NCBI GenBank assembly: GCA_918797485.1
Contig: CAKKNE010000003.1
Location: forward strand, 4,836,001-4,900,000
Direction of reading: 5' to 3'
Source: Pelagomonas calceolata
Lineage: Eukaryota
Length of the DNA stretch: 64,000 nt
Both the position numbers and the translations under genes were made by a program. The notes below the pieces were generated by a model. The model did not search any database, had not been told where the DNA came from, and saw only the letters and a program-made list of their open reading frames with translations. This document shows positions 1 through 11,656 of this stretch, piece by piece; position 1 is the stretch's first letter, and every line of letters begins with the position of its first letter.

Positions 1-66
1 TTTGACACAAGAGCACCCGGGACGCGGACCAGCCTGCGCGAGGTGAGTGCGGCCGCCGGGCAGCCC

Positions 67-3000
67 ATGCGGCGCTCCTCCTCATCCAGCGGGCAGATCG
101 CCCGAGCCTACGCAGTCCCACGGACGGAATCTCGGCGGCGAGGCACCGCGGTCGTCGCGGCGGCAACGCTCGCGGCGCTCGGTGCCGCGCACGTCGCGAT
201 TTCGCTGTCGCGCGGGTCCGGCAGCCCGGGCGCGGGCGGGCACCCGTTCGACGCCCTCCCGGAGGCGGGCGGCGGCGCGGACGCGCTCGTGGCGCGGGGC
301 GGCGCGGACGCGCTCGTGGCGGTGTTGGGCGGCAACGCATCGGCGGCGGCGGCGGTGGCGAGCGCGACATCAGACTACGACGTCGTTATGGTGCTCGACG
401 GTGCCGCGGCCGCGGCCGCGGCGCGTGAACAGCTCGAGGGGCGCGCGAGGGTCGCCGTCTGGCCCGAGCTGCTCGCGGGCCGCGGCGACCGTGCAATCTT
501 CGGTGCGTGGTCCGAGGTCGTGCGCGCCGCGGCGGCGGCGGGGTACGCCCGCGCGGTCGTGGTCGAGCGCGGCGCGGCGGCGTCGCGCGAGAGCGTCGCG
601 GGCGTCGTCGCGGCCTTGAGGGCCGGCGCCGCCGTCGCGGTCCCCGCCGCCGTGAACACCCGCGCGGCGCCGCGCGCCGCGGCGCCGCACGCGGCGCCGG
701 TGCGCGGCGCTTCGCTCATCGCGGACATCTTGGCCCTGCAGCCTGCCGCGGCCGCGGCGGACGGCGGCGCGGTCATCGCGCCGACTTATCCCTCGGTTCC
801 GACGATGTCGTCGTGTGTCGTCGGCTTCAGCCTGGACCGGGCGCGGCGCTTCGGGTTCTCGACGCCGCGCGCGGCCATGGGAGGGCCGCTCGGGGGGCGC
901 GCCCCGCGCATCGTCGCACACCTCGAAGACGGCCGCGTGGGCGCGGCGGCGACTGAAGGCGCCGCGACGTGCGCCGCGGACTCCGCGTGGGCGCGCGCGA
1001 ACGTGACGGTCACGGACCTGGCGCGCCCCTTCTCGCCGCTCGTCCACGACGCCATGCGTCGCATGCGAAAGGCCGTGCGCAGGCCGCCGCCGAGCCTCGA
1101 TTGGACGCTCAGCGCCAGCGAGTCGGTCTTTGGCTGCGACTTCAAACGGAACGTGCGCCAGCCATCGACGGTCGCCGCGTGCGAGCTCGCGTGCGCCGAT
1201 TCCCGCAAGTGCCGGGCGTTTACGTTCATCGCGGGCGAACAGATATGCGTCCTGAAGAATTGCGCGCGGCTCTCGCCCGCGAAGGGCCACGACACCTACA
1301 TCCGCGGTCCGAAGATTCCGGGGCCGCGGCGCTACGCGCGGCTCCCCGGCGTCGCCGTGGGCGGCTGCGACTTCGAACGAAGCGAGCTCCGCGACGCGAC
1401 CCTGGACGTGTGCCAACGAGCGTGCACGCTCGAACGGCGATGCAGAGCGTTCTCGCACCTGAGAGATCTGAACATCTGCTACCTCAAGTCCTGCGCCTCG
1501 ACGCCGACGACCCACCCGGCCTTCGACACGTACGTCAAGCCCGACACGTGCGTCGCGGCGCCCCCCCCCCAGCCGCTCGCCGCGCCGAAGAAGGTCGCCG
1601 TCGTCATTACCGTCCACGACGCGGCCGAGTGGGTCGAGCGGACGCTTACCTCGCTCTGGGCCCACGCGGACTCCCCGGCGGGCCGCGCGCTGCCCGACGC
1701 GGGCGACGCCATCTTCCTCGTGAACGACGCGTCGGGCGCCGAGACCCTTCGGAGGCTGCGCGAGGTTGCCGAGGCGCGGGGCAGGGCCCGGCGCCTCGCG
1801 GTGCGCCTGGTCAACTGGGACGGCGGGCATCGACTCGACGGCTACACGCGCGCCGCGAACCTCGGGATCCGGGCCGCGCTCCGCGAGGCGCCCTACGCCG
1901 CGTTCTGCCTCCTGAACAGCGACGTGGAGGTCGTCGACCCGCGCTGGCTCGAGACGCTCAAGCGCCACGCGTTCTCGGATCCAACGATCGGCGTCGTCGG
2001 CCCGCTGTCGAATGCCGCGTCGTACCAGTCCGTGCCGGCGCTGCGCGTGCAAACTGGAAAAGAATCCGAGGACTGGTCGAAGAACGAGCTGCCGCCGGGG
2101 CCCGCCGACGACCCGTGGACGCCGCGGGGCGTCGCGGCGGCCGTCGCGCGCGGATCGCGGCGGAGGCTCGTCGACGTGCCCGTGCTGAACGGGTTCTGCC
2201 TGTTCGTCAAGGCCGAGGTCGTCGAGGCGGTCGGGCTCATGGACGAGGTCGCGTTTCCCCACGGCTTCGGCGAGGAGAACGACTTTGCGCTGCGCGCGCT
2301 CGCGGCGGGCTACTCGCTCAAAGTCGCCGACGACGTCTACGTCTGGCACCACAAGTCCAAGTCCTACGGCGACGCGACGCGGCAGGCGCTGAGCGCCGGG
2401 TCGGCCGAGGCCATGCGCGAGCGGTGGGGCTCCATGCTCCGCCACGCCGTCAAGCTCCTCGAGACCAACCAGGAGCTCGCGGAGGCGCGTCGGCGCGTCG
2501 GCGCGTCGCTGACCGGGAGCGCCTGCGGCCCGGGGCGGCTGCGGGTCCTTTTCGTCCTCAACCCGCAGAAGGAACACCGGGAACACGAGTTCCAGATGCA
2601 CGGCGGCTGGATTTCCATCGTCAACGAGGCGCTGGGCCTCAGGGATCGAGGCGCGTGCGCGCAGGTGGCCATGTCCAGCTGGTTGGTGCCCTACTTCGAC
2701 CGCGCCTTTCCGCAGCCGGCGGGCGCGCCGCCGCTCGTCCTGGCCTACGGCGACGCGGTGCTGCGGCCGGAGCAGCTCGCGGACGCGCTCTACGAACGGG
2801 CGGCGGCGTTCGACGTCGTCGTCGCGACGCTCTTCACCACCGTCGAGCCGGTCAACCTCGTCGCCGCGTGCCACCCGAACCTCCTCCCGGCCTACTTCAT
2901 CCAGGACTACGAGGTCAAATTTGCGAGAATGACGCCGAACCAGCGTCGGCGCGCCCGCGAATCGTACACTCTGTACCCTCGGATGCTGAGCTTCGCCAAG

Positions 3001-3768
3001 ACGGAGTGGCTGCGGCGGCGGATCCGCAAGGCGCACGGGACGCGCGTCGCGGCCGTCCGCGGCACGATCGCGCTCGAGCGCTTCCACGCGGCGCGGGCGC
3101 AGGCGCCGCGCCCCGACGCCGACGCCGTCGTCGTGTTCGTCGCCATGGTCCGCCCGTCCACGCCGCGCCGCAACGCCGGCGGCACCATGCGCGTGCTCGA
3201 GGGACTCCGCCGGCGCCTCCCGGGCGCCGTCGCGACGTTCACCTTCGGCTGCGTCCCGTCGGAGTTCGACGCGCTCCTCGCGTCGGACGCGCTCCGCGAG
3301 CTGCGCCTCGACGCCGGCGCGACCGAGGCCCACCGGCGGCACCACCTCGGCACGCTCGACCAGGACCAGATCGCCGCGCTCTTCGCGCGCGCGCACGTGT
3401 TCCTGGACATGAGCCACTGGCAGGCCTTCGGGCGCGCCGGGCTCGAGGCCATGGCCTCGGGCTGCGTCGCCGTCGTGCCGGCCGACTCCGGCTCCGAGGA
3501 CTACGCCGTCGACGGCGTCAACGCGCGGCTCGTGTCCACGAAGGACGAGGCGGGCGCCGTCGCCGTGCTGGCGGAGCTCGCGCGCGACGCGGCGCTGCGC
3601 GCGCGGCTGAGAGCGCGGGCCCTCGAGACCGTCGAGGGGTACGCGCTCCGCGCGGCGTCGGCCACCACGCTGCGGGTCCTCTGCGACGCGCTCGACGACC
3701 ACGCCGACCGCGCGTTCTCCGTCCACGTGCCCTGCCGCGACAACCCCTTCCTCGACTTCTCGGCGTGA
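67..3768 (+). CDS. Type II membrane glycosyltransferase: TM + 2 PAN/apple domains + GT2 (GT-A) + GT4-like (GT-B) domain
   Basis: Long intronless ORF; hydrophobic helix AVVAAATLAALGAAHVAISL; two C-x3-C..CRAF..C-x-LK PAN motifs; GT2 motifs VNDAS, LLNSD, GFCL, GFGEENDF; GT-B motifs YFIQDYE, FGRAGLEAMASG. First ATG at 67; start uncertain. Confidence 0.8.
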   Translation: MRRSSSSSGQIARAYAVPRTESRRRGTAVVAAATLAALGAAHVAISLSRGSGSPGAGGHPFDALPEAGGGADALVARGGADALVAVLGGNASAAAAVASATSDYDVVMVLDGAAAAAAAREQLEGRARVAVWPELLAGRGDRAIFGAWSEVVRAAAAAGYARAVVVERGAAASRESVAGVVAALRAGAAVAVPAAVNTRAAPRAAAPHAAPVRGASLIADILALQPAAAAADGGAVIAPTYPSVPTMSSCVVGFSLDRARRFGFSTPRAAMGGPLGGRAPRIVAHLEDGRVGAAATEGAATCAADSAWARANVTVTDLARPFSPLVHDAMRRMRKAVRRPPPSLDWTLSASESVFGCDFKRNVRQPSTVAACELACADSRKCRAFTFIAGEQICVLKNCARLSPAKGHDTYIRGPKIPGPRRYARLPGVAVGGCDFERSELRDATLDVCQRACTLERRCRAFSHLRDLNICYLKSCASTPTTHPAFDTYVKPDTCVAAPPPQPLAAPKKVAVVITVHDAAEWVERTLTSLWAHADSPAGRALPDAGDAIFLVNDASGAETLRRLREVAEARGRARRLAVRLVNWDGGHRLDGYTRAANLGIRAALREAPYAAFCLLNSDVEVVDPRWLETLKRHAFSDPTIGVVGPLSNAASYQSVPALRVQTGKESEDWSKNELPPGPADDPWTPRGVAAAVARGSRRRLVDVPVLNGFCLFVKAEVVEAVGLMDEVAFPHGFGEENDFALRALAAGYSLKVADDVYVWHHKSKSYGDATRQALSAGSAEAMRERWGSMLRHAVKLLETNQELAEARRRVGASLTGSACGPGRLRVLFVLNPQKEHREHEFQMHGGWISIVNEALGLRDRGACAQVAMSSWLVPYFDRAFPQPAGAPPLVLAYGDAVLRPEQLADALYERAAAFDVVVATLFTTVEPVNLVAACHPNLLPAYFIQDYEVKFARMTPNQRRRARESYTLYPRMLSFAKTEWLRRRIRKAHGTRVAAVRGTIALERFHAARAQAPRPDADAVVVFVAMVRPSTPRRNAGGTMRVLEGLRRRLPGAVATFTFGCVPSEFDALLASDALRELRLDAGATEAHRRHHLGTLDQDQIAALFARAHVFLDMSHWQAFGRAGLEAMASGCVAVVPADSGSEDYAVDGVNARLVSTKDEAGAVAVLAELARDAALRARLRARALETVEGYALRAASATTLRVLCDALDDHADRAFSVHVPCRDNPFLDFSA

Positions 3769-4655
3769 GGGACGCCGGCGCCGCCCAGCTGGTGTTGGAC
3801 GAGTCGAACAATATGATCCCAAGAAATGCAAATATAAAAGAAGCAAGGCGTCGGCCGGGTGGCTAGGCAGCCTAGCCTCAGCCTCAGGCTGAGCTCCGAG
3901 TCTAGAAATCGCCGAGGACACTTCCGAGGACGGACTCGGAGGAGGCAGAGCTACACATCACGCCGCTGATAATCCCAAGAGCAATCATAAATACAGCATT
4001 TTATCTATATTTGCGCGTCTGCGACCATGGAAAAAAAATTTGGTGATGGGACCGATATATTAGAACTACTAGTATTATCATCCTGAGTCACCTTTTATTG
4101 CCGGACGAATTTCCCGTCGCAAACCCCATCAAACATGGGGAGAAACTATTTCGTTAGACGACTACACTACGCTGCCGGGGAAGTCCGGAGCTACACATTC
4201 TATTTCCCCCTGCATCGCAGGTTATGGGCCCACCGCTCAGGCTCTGCGTGGTGTCTAACGGAACTGTCCAGAGGTAACCCTCCGGACGTTTTAAAACCTA
4301 ACCTGAATCATTATAAAACATCACAAAACATTATTCAATCATTAAAACATAAACGCACAAAACTCAGGGCTCCGAGTCGTAGAACACGCTCGCGGGGGAT
4401 AGCTCCCCCGACACCCCTCCCTAGGCGCGTGCCCCCGCAACCCGAATTGACTTATTTTCGCGGGCGCGGCGGAGGCAGGAAATGCTAGCGGCGTACTTAC
4501 AGGTAAGACACTAGGGATGCCTGCAAAGCGCAAGAGACAGGCTGCTCGTAGGACAGGCGAGCCAGTGGCCGGCGCGATATTGCGAGCTATATATTTGCTG
4601 TGCAACGGTGCAGCTGCATGCTATCGGCCTTGGGATCAGCTGAATTAACTGGTTG

Positions 4656-6467
4656 ATGGCTGACGACGGCGCGCCGCGCGCCGCGAAGCGCGCGCGGTCG
4701 GCGCCGGCGGCCGGCGAGGGCTCGTCGATGGTCGCGCGCCAGGCGGCGGAGAACGCCAAGTTGGGTCGGACGGGCGGCATCTACGTGCCGCCGTTCAAAC
4801 TCGCGGCGCTGCGGCAGGAGATGGCGGACAAGGACAAGCGGTCGGCCGAGTTCCAGCGACTGTCCTGGGAGGCGCTGCGCAAGGGCATCAACGGCCTCGT
4901 GAACAAGGTAAACGTGGGGAACATCCGGTCGATCGTCCCGGAGCTGCTCGAGCTCAACCTCGTCCGCGGCCGCGGCCTCCTCTGCCGCGCGCTCATGAAG
5001 GCCCAACTCGCGTCGCCCGGGTTCACGCACATCTACGCGGCGCTTGTCGCCGTCCTCAACACCAAGCTCCCCGAGAACGGCGAGCTCCTGTTGAAGCGCG
5101 TCCTCGTCGGCTTCCGGCGCGCGTACCGCCGCCGCGACAAGGTCGTCGCCACGGGCTTCGCCAAGTTCCTCGCGCACCTCTGCAACCACCAGGTGGCCCA
5201 CGAGCTCGTGGCGCTGCAGCTGCTCACCGTGCTCCTCGACGACCCGACGGACGACTCGGTCGAAATCGCCGTCCAGTTCACCAAGGAGGTCGGCCAGCTC
5301 CTGGACGAGGTTTCGCCCCGGGGCCTGCTGGCGGTCTTCGAGCGATTCCGCGGCATCTTGCACGAGGGTGCCGCCCCGCGCCCGACTCCCCCTCGCGACC
5401 CTCCCCGTTTTCGCGTCGCGCGTCGCGACCCGAAGTCGATTCGCCCAGGCGTCATCGACAAGCGCGTCCAATACACGATCGAGGGCCTCTTCGCCGCGCG
5501 CAAGGCCGGGTTCGCCGACTACCCGGCGGTGCCCGACGACCTGGACCTGGTGGAGCGGGACGACCAGATCACCTTCGAACTCTCCCTGGACGACAAGGTC
5601 GACCGCGAGGAGGCACTGGACGTTTTCAAGGTCGACGACGACTTCGAGGCGCACGAGGCCGCGTGGGTCGAGATCAAGCGCGAGATCCTCGGCGAGGACG
5701 ACGACGGCGAGGACGACGCCGACGACGACGACGACGACGACGCGCCGGCCGCGGCCGCGCCGGCCGAGGTCGGCCCGATCCAGGACCTCACGGAGCAGGA
5801 CCTCGTGAACCTTCGCCGGACGATCTACCTGACGATCATGTCGAGCGTGGGCTTCGAGGAGTGCGCGCACAAGCTCATGAAGCTCGACATCCGGTCGGGG
5901 CTGGAGATGGAGCTATGCAACATGCTGATCGAGTGCTGCTCGCAGGAGCGAACATACCTGCGCTACTACGGCCTGCTCGGGCAGCGGTTCTGCGTCATGA
6001 CCAAGGCCTGGCAGGAGGCGTTCGACAAGGCGTTCGAGGAGCAGTACGCGATGATCCACCGTCTCGAGACAAACAAGCTGCGGAACGTGGCCAAGTTCTT
6101 CGCGCACCTGCTGGAGACGGACGCGCTGCCCTGGACGTGCCTCGAATACGTACGACTCAACGAGGAGGAGACGACGTCGTCGTCGCGGATCTTCGTCAAG
6201 ATCCTCTGCCAGGAACTCGCGGAGCACCTGGGTCTCGCGACGCTCCGGGACCGGTTCAACGACCAGTACATGTCCGACGTCTTCGCGGGCCTCTTCCCGC
6301 GCGAGAATCCGCGGGACACGCGCTTCGCCATCAATTTTTTCACCTCGATCGGCCTGGGCGGCCTCACGGATGCGCTTCGCAAGCACCTCAAGGAGGCGCC
6401 CAGGCGGATCATGGAGCAGCAGATGGCCGCCGCCCGCGCCGCCGTCGGCGACTCGGACTCGGACTCG

Positions 6468-6499
<32 letters not shown>

Positions 6500-6605
6500 G
6501 TCCTCGGGCTCGTCCTCGGACTCCTCGGACTCGAATCACTCGGACAGTTCAAGTTCATCCTCGTCCAGTAGCTCCTCTTCGTCGCTGGGCGGCGGAGTAA
6601 AATAA
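4656..6605 (+). CDS. CWC22: Pre-mRNA splicing factor CWC22 (MIF4G + MA3); one in-frame 81-nt intron 5368..5448
   Basis: GRTGGIYVPPFKL, QRLSWEALRKGINGLVNKVN, TIYLTIMSS, IHRLETNKLRNVAK, FAINFFTSIGLGGLT; removing GT..AG 5368-5448 restores ILHEGVIDKRVQY. Confidence 0.95.
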
Positions 6606-6823
6606 AAGTAGCGGACCTCGTGTGGTCCTTGTTCTAGTTGAAGTGTTGCCCTTGAGACGGCGCCAAAGGGCGCGTCTCCCTAGGAGGCTGTGAGGAACGT
6701 CCCAAGGACATGTGCACACGGGGCAACCCGGGTTCATACAAGTTAGATCGTCTTGGGCTCTAGGGCGACACGCCGCGCGCGCGGCACCAGGCGACGGCGT
6801 ATTTGTGTCGCCTGGCGTCGCGA

Positions 6824-7790
6824 TCACGGCGTCGTGCGGGACGGCGGCTTGAGACGGCCGAAGACCTGGAGCGCAGCCAGGCGCTGGGCTTCGCGGGCGG
6901 CGTCGCGCTCCGGCGCGGCCTTCTTCGAGCACTCGTCGGTGAAGACGGCGACGACACGCCGCGCGCCGCGCGTGAGCGCGACGCCCTCGTGCTCCACGTC
7001 GGGAGAGAACGTCACACCTCCGCCGCAGACCTGCGCGGCGTCAACGGGTTGTCGCGGGCGCACCGACTCGGACGACGCGGCCGGCGCGCGGGACGGACGA
7101 CGAAGGGCTGCTTCTTCGCCGCGGGAGGATAGAACTTGGTGCCGCCGCCGCCGTAAGCGTCGCGACAGTCGAGCGTGATGAGGAGCGTGTTCGCCTGAGA
7201 CGTCCGATTCTCCGTGCGGTCCTTGTGCTTCGTGAGGCCCCGGCCGTTGACCTGCGCGCCGGAGGGCGGCTCACAAAGGGCCGCGGACCGCCACGACGAA
7301 CCTTGGTCGACGTCGCGTCGTAGGTGATGACGAAGGCCTTCTTGCGCTCGTACGTCACGAGGCGCCCCGTGCAGAGTTCCACGAGATGGCAGCCGGCGTC
7401 GAGCGCCTGTGTGGAAACCAGCTCGCGAGCTCGATTCTCCGTTCTGGACATCGGTGATATTTCTGCACTGGCGCGCGCCCGGTAGACGTCCTCGGCGTCG
7501 GCGAGGTCCCGGACGTAGACGTCCGTCGTCTTCAGACTGGCGCCGCGGTCGGTGGCGCTGCCGTTACTGACGCGCGCCGACACCTCGGCAACGACGCGCG
7601 CGCACGCGGCGCGGGGGAGCATGGCCGGGAGCTCGTAGACGCCCTCGCCGAGGCTCTGGCACACCGCCGGCTCGTCGACGACGCGAACCTGCGGCGTCGC
7701 CGCCGCGGCCCGCGCCTGCGAGGCCTTTGCCGCGGCCGGTCGCGCGGAGGAGGCCCAGGTGGTCACGCGGCGGCGCTGGAGGAGGAACAT
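6824..7790 (-). CDS. 2OG-Fe(II) oxygenase (prolyl-hydroxylase-like); introns 7407..7478, 7252..7301, 7031..7089
   Basis: Spliced product gives TTD, AFVITY, GLTKHKD (HxD), YGGGGTKF, HEGVALTRGARRV (distal H, R); exon lengths 312/105/162/207 keep frame. Confidence 0.75.
7407..7470 (-). mobile_element. Introner-like MITE forming intron 1 of the 2OG oxygenase
   Basis: Ends CTGTGTGGAAACCA ... TGATATTTCTGCACTG (degenerate TIR); flanked in gene orientation by GCGCGCGC / GCGCTCGA (6/8 direct repeat). Confidence 0.7.
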
Positions 7791-8346
7791 GGGAAGGTTT
7801 GGCTGTACCTTGCGTGCTCTCCCCACCGCGCGGGTGCTGGTTGCTGGCGGGTGGACTGCGTCGGTTCGTGTTCGCACCCTTTGCGCCGATGTTCGTCTCG
7901 CCTCGCTCCTGGACGCAAGGAGGGGCCCGAAAAACTTGACCCGAAATAAGCCCCTAGTCTTCCCGTTCTGCACGACATACTCATAGGAGCATCTCTAGCG
8001 TGAGAATCGCTCGCAGCACCACTTTTCCCTGAAGGATCTTTCCTTCAGCATCTCTTCAGCAAAACGGGTTTTTGCAACCCGGCGGCCGGGGCCGCGGCCG
8101 GCTACACGCGCTCTGGAGGGCTCAGCGAAGCGCCGTCATATCTAACTCTGCCTTGAGCAGAAGCGTCAGCACAGAGTAAGAGAGAGCTGCTAAGCCAGTT
8201 GTCATGCTCTGCGGTGATGATCGCACGTGTAGCATTCACGACGGTGGCTTGCAACGCAGTATCGCGCGGCGAACCGCAGAGTTCCTAGACGCCCTCGGCA
8301 TGCGGGGTGCAGGTCCGAGCGGCATGCATGCGCCCTTCGCGAAGCC

Positions 8347-8829
8347 ATGAAGTCGGCGCTGCGAACGGCCCCGGCCAAGGGGAGAGGAAAGAAACGCGTG
8401 CGCTTCGCTGGTGCGCAAGAGTTCGTGGTCGGCGCGCCACCACCCATCGGCGAGTTCCAATTCGCGCGGCTCGCGACGGTGTCGACGCGCGCCGCGACGC
8501 CGCTGTTCACGATCGCAGCGACCGGCACGTCTCGCAGAGCCAAGGGCTTCTGGGGCGAGGGGTGGCCGGCGCCACCGCCGCGGGTCAAGACGATTGGTGG
8601 CGATTCTGACGACGAGTACGAGACCGTCCTCGAGTGGTTTTGCGACAAGTGCGGCGCCGCCATCGACGACGGGGCCGCGCGCTACGAGTGCGCTACTTGT
8701 CCGGCAGAGTACTGCCAGTGTGCCGCATGCTATCGTGCGGGCGTCATCTCGGACGCGCGGCACGCGCACCCCCTCGTGCCCAGCTCCGCACCACACCACA
8801 TAACGCAGGGGGTCTCTCATGCTGGATAA
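8347..8829 (+). CDS. Small protein with C-terminal ZZ-type zinc finger
   Basis: WFCDKC..RYECATC..YCQCAACY..H-x-HP. Confidence 0.7.
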   Translation: MKSALRTAPAKGRGKKRVRFAGAQEFVVGAPPPIGEFQFARLATVSTRAATPLFTIAATGTSRRAKGFWGEGWPAPPPRVKTIGGDSDDEYETVLEWFCDKCGAAIDDGAARYECATCPAEYCQCAACYRAGVISDARHAHPLVPSSAPHHITQGVSHAG

Positions 8830-9204
8830 CTAAGGGCCCGAGCCAGGGGCGGCTTCGCTGATGTCAGGTTTACCCAGCATGAAATCGGTTTGATTACGAC
8901 TCGGTTGTGCGTGCGAGGTTTGGGAGTGGTCATCCTTGACCCGAGGTCCCTGGCAGGGGGGCGATGACCTACATTGGCGGCCAAGTCGGCCGGGGGCGGG
9001 ACGGAGAATTTCGTTCTTCAGCTACTAGTACGCTGGGAGGCCTGGAGTCGCGGATGGGGAAGCCAGGTTTATAACTTGAAATAAATATAAAATAAATAAA
9101 TACTATTAAAAAGGGGACTGGTGTTAACGCTGGCACTACGAGAGCCTGAGTGTCAAGATCAAGGTTGTGTTAGAAAATTGTTTTGCACTGTAGCGTCGAT
9201 AACT

Positions 9205-9578
9205 AACGTAGAGTGTTTTACAGTGAATGCCTAAACAAGACAAAACACCTTAAGAAGAAATCTGTTGCATATGAAGCCTATCACTTGTCACATGGATTTT
9301 GTCAGTGAATAGACTGAGTTGATACATTCTCTAGTAGAAAGGCATCTAATGGACGCTCGCGCCCAGGGGGTGTAGAGAGAGAAACCTACTAGCCCTTCCT
9401 ACCCTAGATATGTACTATCTCCCACTCTCTAATATTTGAGTCTATACATCGAGTGTCAAAAGCACTACGGTGTAACAACAGTTCACTATAAAACACTCTC
9501 GTAGTCAGGTCTAGCCAGCCCTCGGCTGGTTAGCTAACACCCTGCTACTTTACATAACGCTGCGACATACTCTTGCTA
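9205..9578 (+). mobile_element. Copia-type deletion derivative: gag start fused to pol 3' end, PPT, and LTR (9373..9578)
   Basis: Matches the 30889-31772 element; PPT-like AGGGGGTG immediately before TAGAGAGAG...TCTTGCTA LTR. Confidence 0.85.
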
Positions 9579-9852
9579 ACCAGTACTTGCTGGTACCGTG
9601 GTACCGAGGTACCTACTGCGGTACGGTACCGCAGTACAAGCGTATTGACGATACAAGTTGGCGCCGGAGCTACCGTGGTAAACTTGTGCCAGCTTGTCGC
9701 CCGTCAATTTGCTACGTAGCTACGGACGCCGAGCGCGAACGTGCGCTCGCGTGGCGGCAACCAGCGGGGTAATTGTTGTTCGCGGAGCCGCGGCGCCTAG
9801 CCTGCTCTGCGTGATTCACGGAGCAGGCAAGCAGGCAAGCAGGCAAACCGTG

Positions 9853-10572
9853 ATGTCCCGCAGAGCACGGGAATCCGAGTCCGAGTCCGAGGCCGAGGCC
9901 GAGGCGCCGCTGCGGCTGGACGAACCGCTCGCCGAGGAGGGCCTGCAAGATATAGATTTTGATTTCGACGACCCACAGGAGCGGCACGCGCCGAGCATTT
10001 TGGGCTTGCTCCGGAAGCACCCGCTCGCGGACGTCGCGCCCAGGCCCGCGCTGGCCGCGCTGGCCGACTTGCTCGCTGGCGACCCCAGATCCGTCGGCAC
10101 CGTCGTCGGCTCGGGCGGCGGCGACGACCTGATAGGCTTCGTCGCCGCCGTCGACCTGGCCGCCTACGACGCGGGCGCGCACGCGGGCGTCGACGCGGCG
10201 CGCGCGTGCCTCGGCGCGCTCGCGGCGGGCGCGGCGCGGCCGGTCCTCGTCACGCACGCGTTCTTCGTGAACACACCGCCCAAGGTCGTCGCCGCCGCGT
10301 TCCAGTGCTTCGCCGCGGACCTCGACGCCGCCGCGTTCGAGGCGGACGCGCTCGTCGTCCCGGTCCGCGCCGCCGACGAGGACCGGGCCGAGGCCCCGCG
10401 CGCGAAGAAGGCGCGCGTCGCCGTTTCGTGCGCGAGCTTCCACGACGACGAGTTCGCGCGCGCGTCCCGCGACGCACTCGACCTCGGCGGCGGGGCGACG
10501 CTCCTGGCGCTCGACCCCGGCCAGTTCGCCGCCGCCGTCGCCCGCGTTGGGGCGCTCGCGGAGGAAACGTAG
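9853..10572 (+). CDS. BCCIP/Bcp1-like protein
   Basis: IDFDFDDP, LADLL, VGTVV, IGFVAAVDL, FVNTP resemble the BCCIP family motif order. Confidence 0.6.
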   Translation: MSRRARESESESEAEAEAPLRLDEPLAEEGLQDIDFDFDDPQERHAPSILGLLRKHPLADVAPRPALAALADLLAGDPRSVGTVVGSGGGDDLIGFVAAVDLAAYDAGAHAGVDAARACLGALAAGAARPVLVTHAFFVNTPPKVVAAAFQCFAADLDAAAFEADALVVPVRAADEDRAEAPRAKKARVAVSCASFHDDEFARASRDALDLGGGATLLALDPGQFAAAVARVGALAEET

Positions 10573-11100
10573 TGCGGCAGGCCAAATGTACCCCGCGAGG
10601 GGAGTTGAGCCCACTGGCGCAGGCGCTCGGCCACGCGTCTGTGGTCCCGACGGCGTCCGAGCCACCTCATCCTGCTGCTGGGACTTCTGCTGGGATCCCC
10701 CGGGCCCAATAACAATAATAGTAGTAAGAAGGCACGAGCTACCGAGAGCCTTCTCCCTGGTTCAGTAGAGCATAGAAGTGCGCGAAAACATCGTTGCGCC
10801 GTTGTTGGCGTTAGCGGACGTCTCCGAGTCCGCTTATATTCTATTCAACATTTATTAATGGATATTCCGAGCCTTTGTACTTTGCCTTGTGGTCGGGGTG
10901 CGGGCTGATCTTTCGTGTCTGCCAATGAGCGGATATGGGTTGCGTACCTCGCAAACGGCGAATCAGGTCCAGCGGCGGGGGGAGGGGAAGCGTCCTCTTG
11001 AAGGCCCACGAGGCGGTGGGGAGGGGGGAGTGAGTCGCGTCTACGGAACAGCAGAGGCCCGCGTCACCGGCGCGGTCGGGTCACGCCGCCCTCTTGAGGA

Positions 11101-11492
11101 CTAGGTTGCCATTAACCGGTTAATAACCGGTAATTTACCCATTATTACTCCTCGGAGGGGATCTGGGGTAAATAACCCGCTCAATAACCCGACGGGTTTT
11201 CGACTAAACCCGTTTAGTGAGATTAGCGAAACACCCCTCCGGACGAGCGGATGGGCGCAAGCAGCCCGTTGAGCTTTTGGATACGTACAGGTGCGCCAAG
11301 GCAAGTACCAAGTCATGTGGCCCGGCGCGGCCCAGGTCCGCGCCAGACGCCGCCAGTGGCCTGTGAGGCCCCCTCACCTACCCCTCTATAAGATCCTGAG
11401 GTAAATAACCCGTACTAACCGGTAATTACCCGGGTTATTAACCCCGGGCGGCGCCAGGGGTAAAATAACCCCTCAGGTAAATGGCAACCTAG
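11101..11492 (+). mobile_element. hAT-like MITE, family A
   Basis: TIR CTAGGTTGCCATT...AATGGCAACCTAG; many subterminal TAACCCG/TTACCC motifs; inverted homologue at 53844..54225; partial TSD CTTGA(GGA). Confidence 0.85.
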
Positions 11493-11656
11493 CTTGACTC
11501 GCTGCTTGAGGATGCAGCAGCATCCGACGCAGGCCCAAGATCCCACCCGAGCGAAGTCCTGGGCGGTCGTCGCCCCCAAGTGCCCCCAGGCTACTCACTT
11601 AGGCGGGGAACTCTAATAATAGTAACTGCACAAACGACAGAGAGCGGCGACCTGCC

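Noticed and set aside
41..50. Canonical donor AG|GTGAGT before the first gene
   Set aside because: No upstream context or clear acceptor; cannot be supported from this window.
370..3921. Very long antisense/alternate-frame ORFs overlapping most genes (e.g. 370..3921, 969..3866, 33079..34899)
   Set aside because: Expected shadow ORFs in very GC-rich DNA; Arg/Ala/Pro-rich with no motifs.
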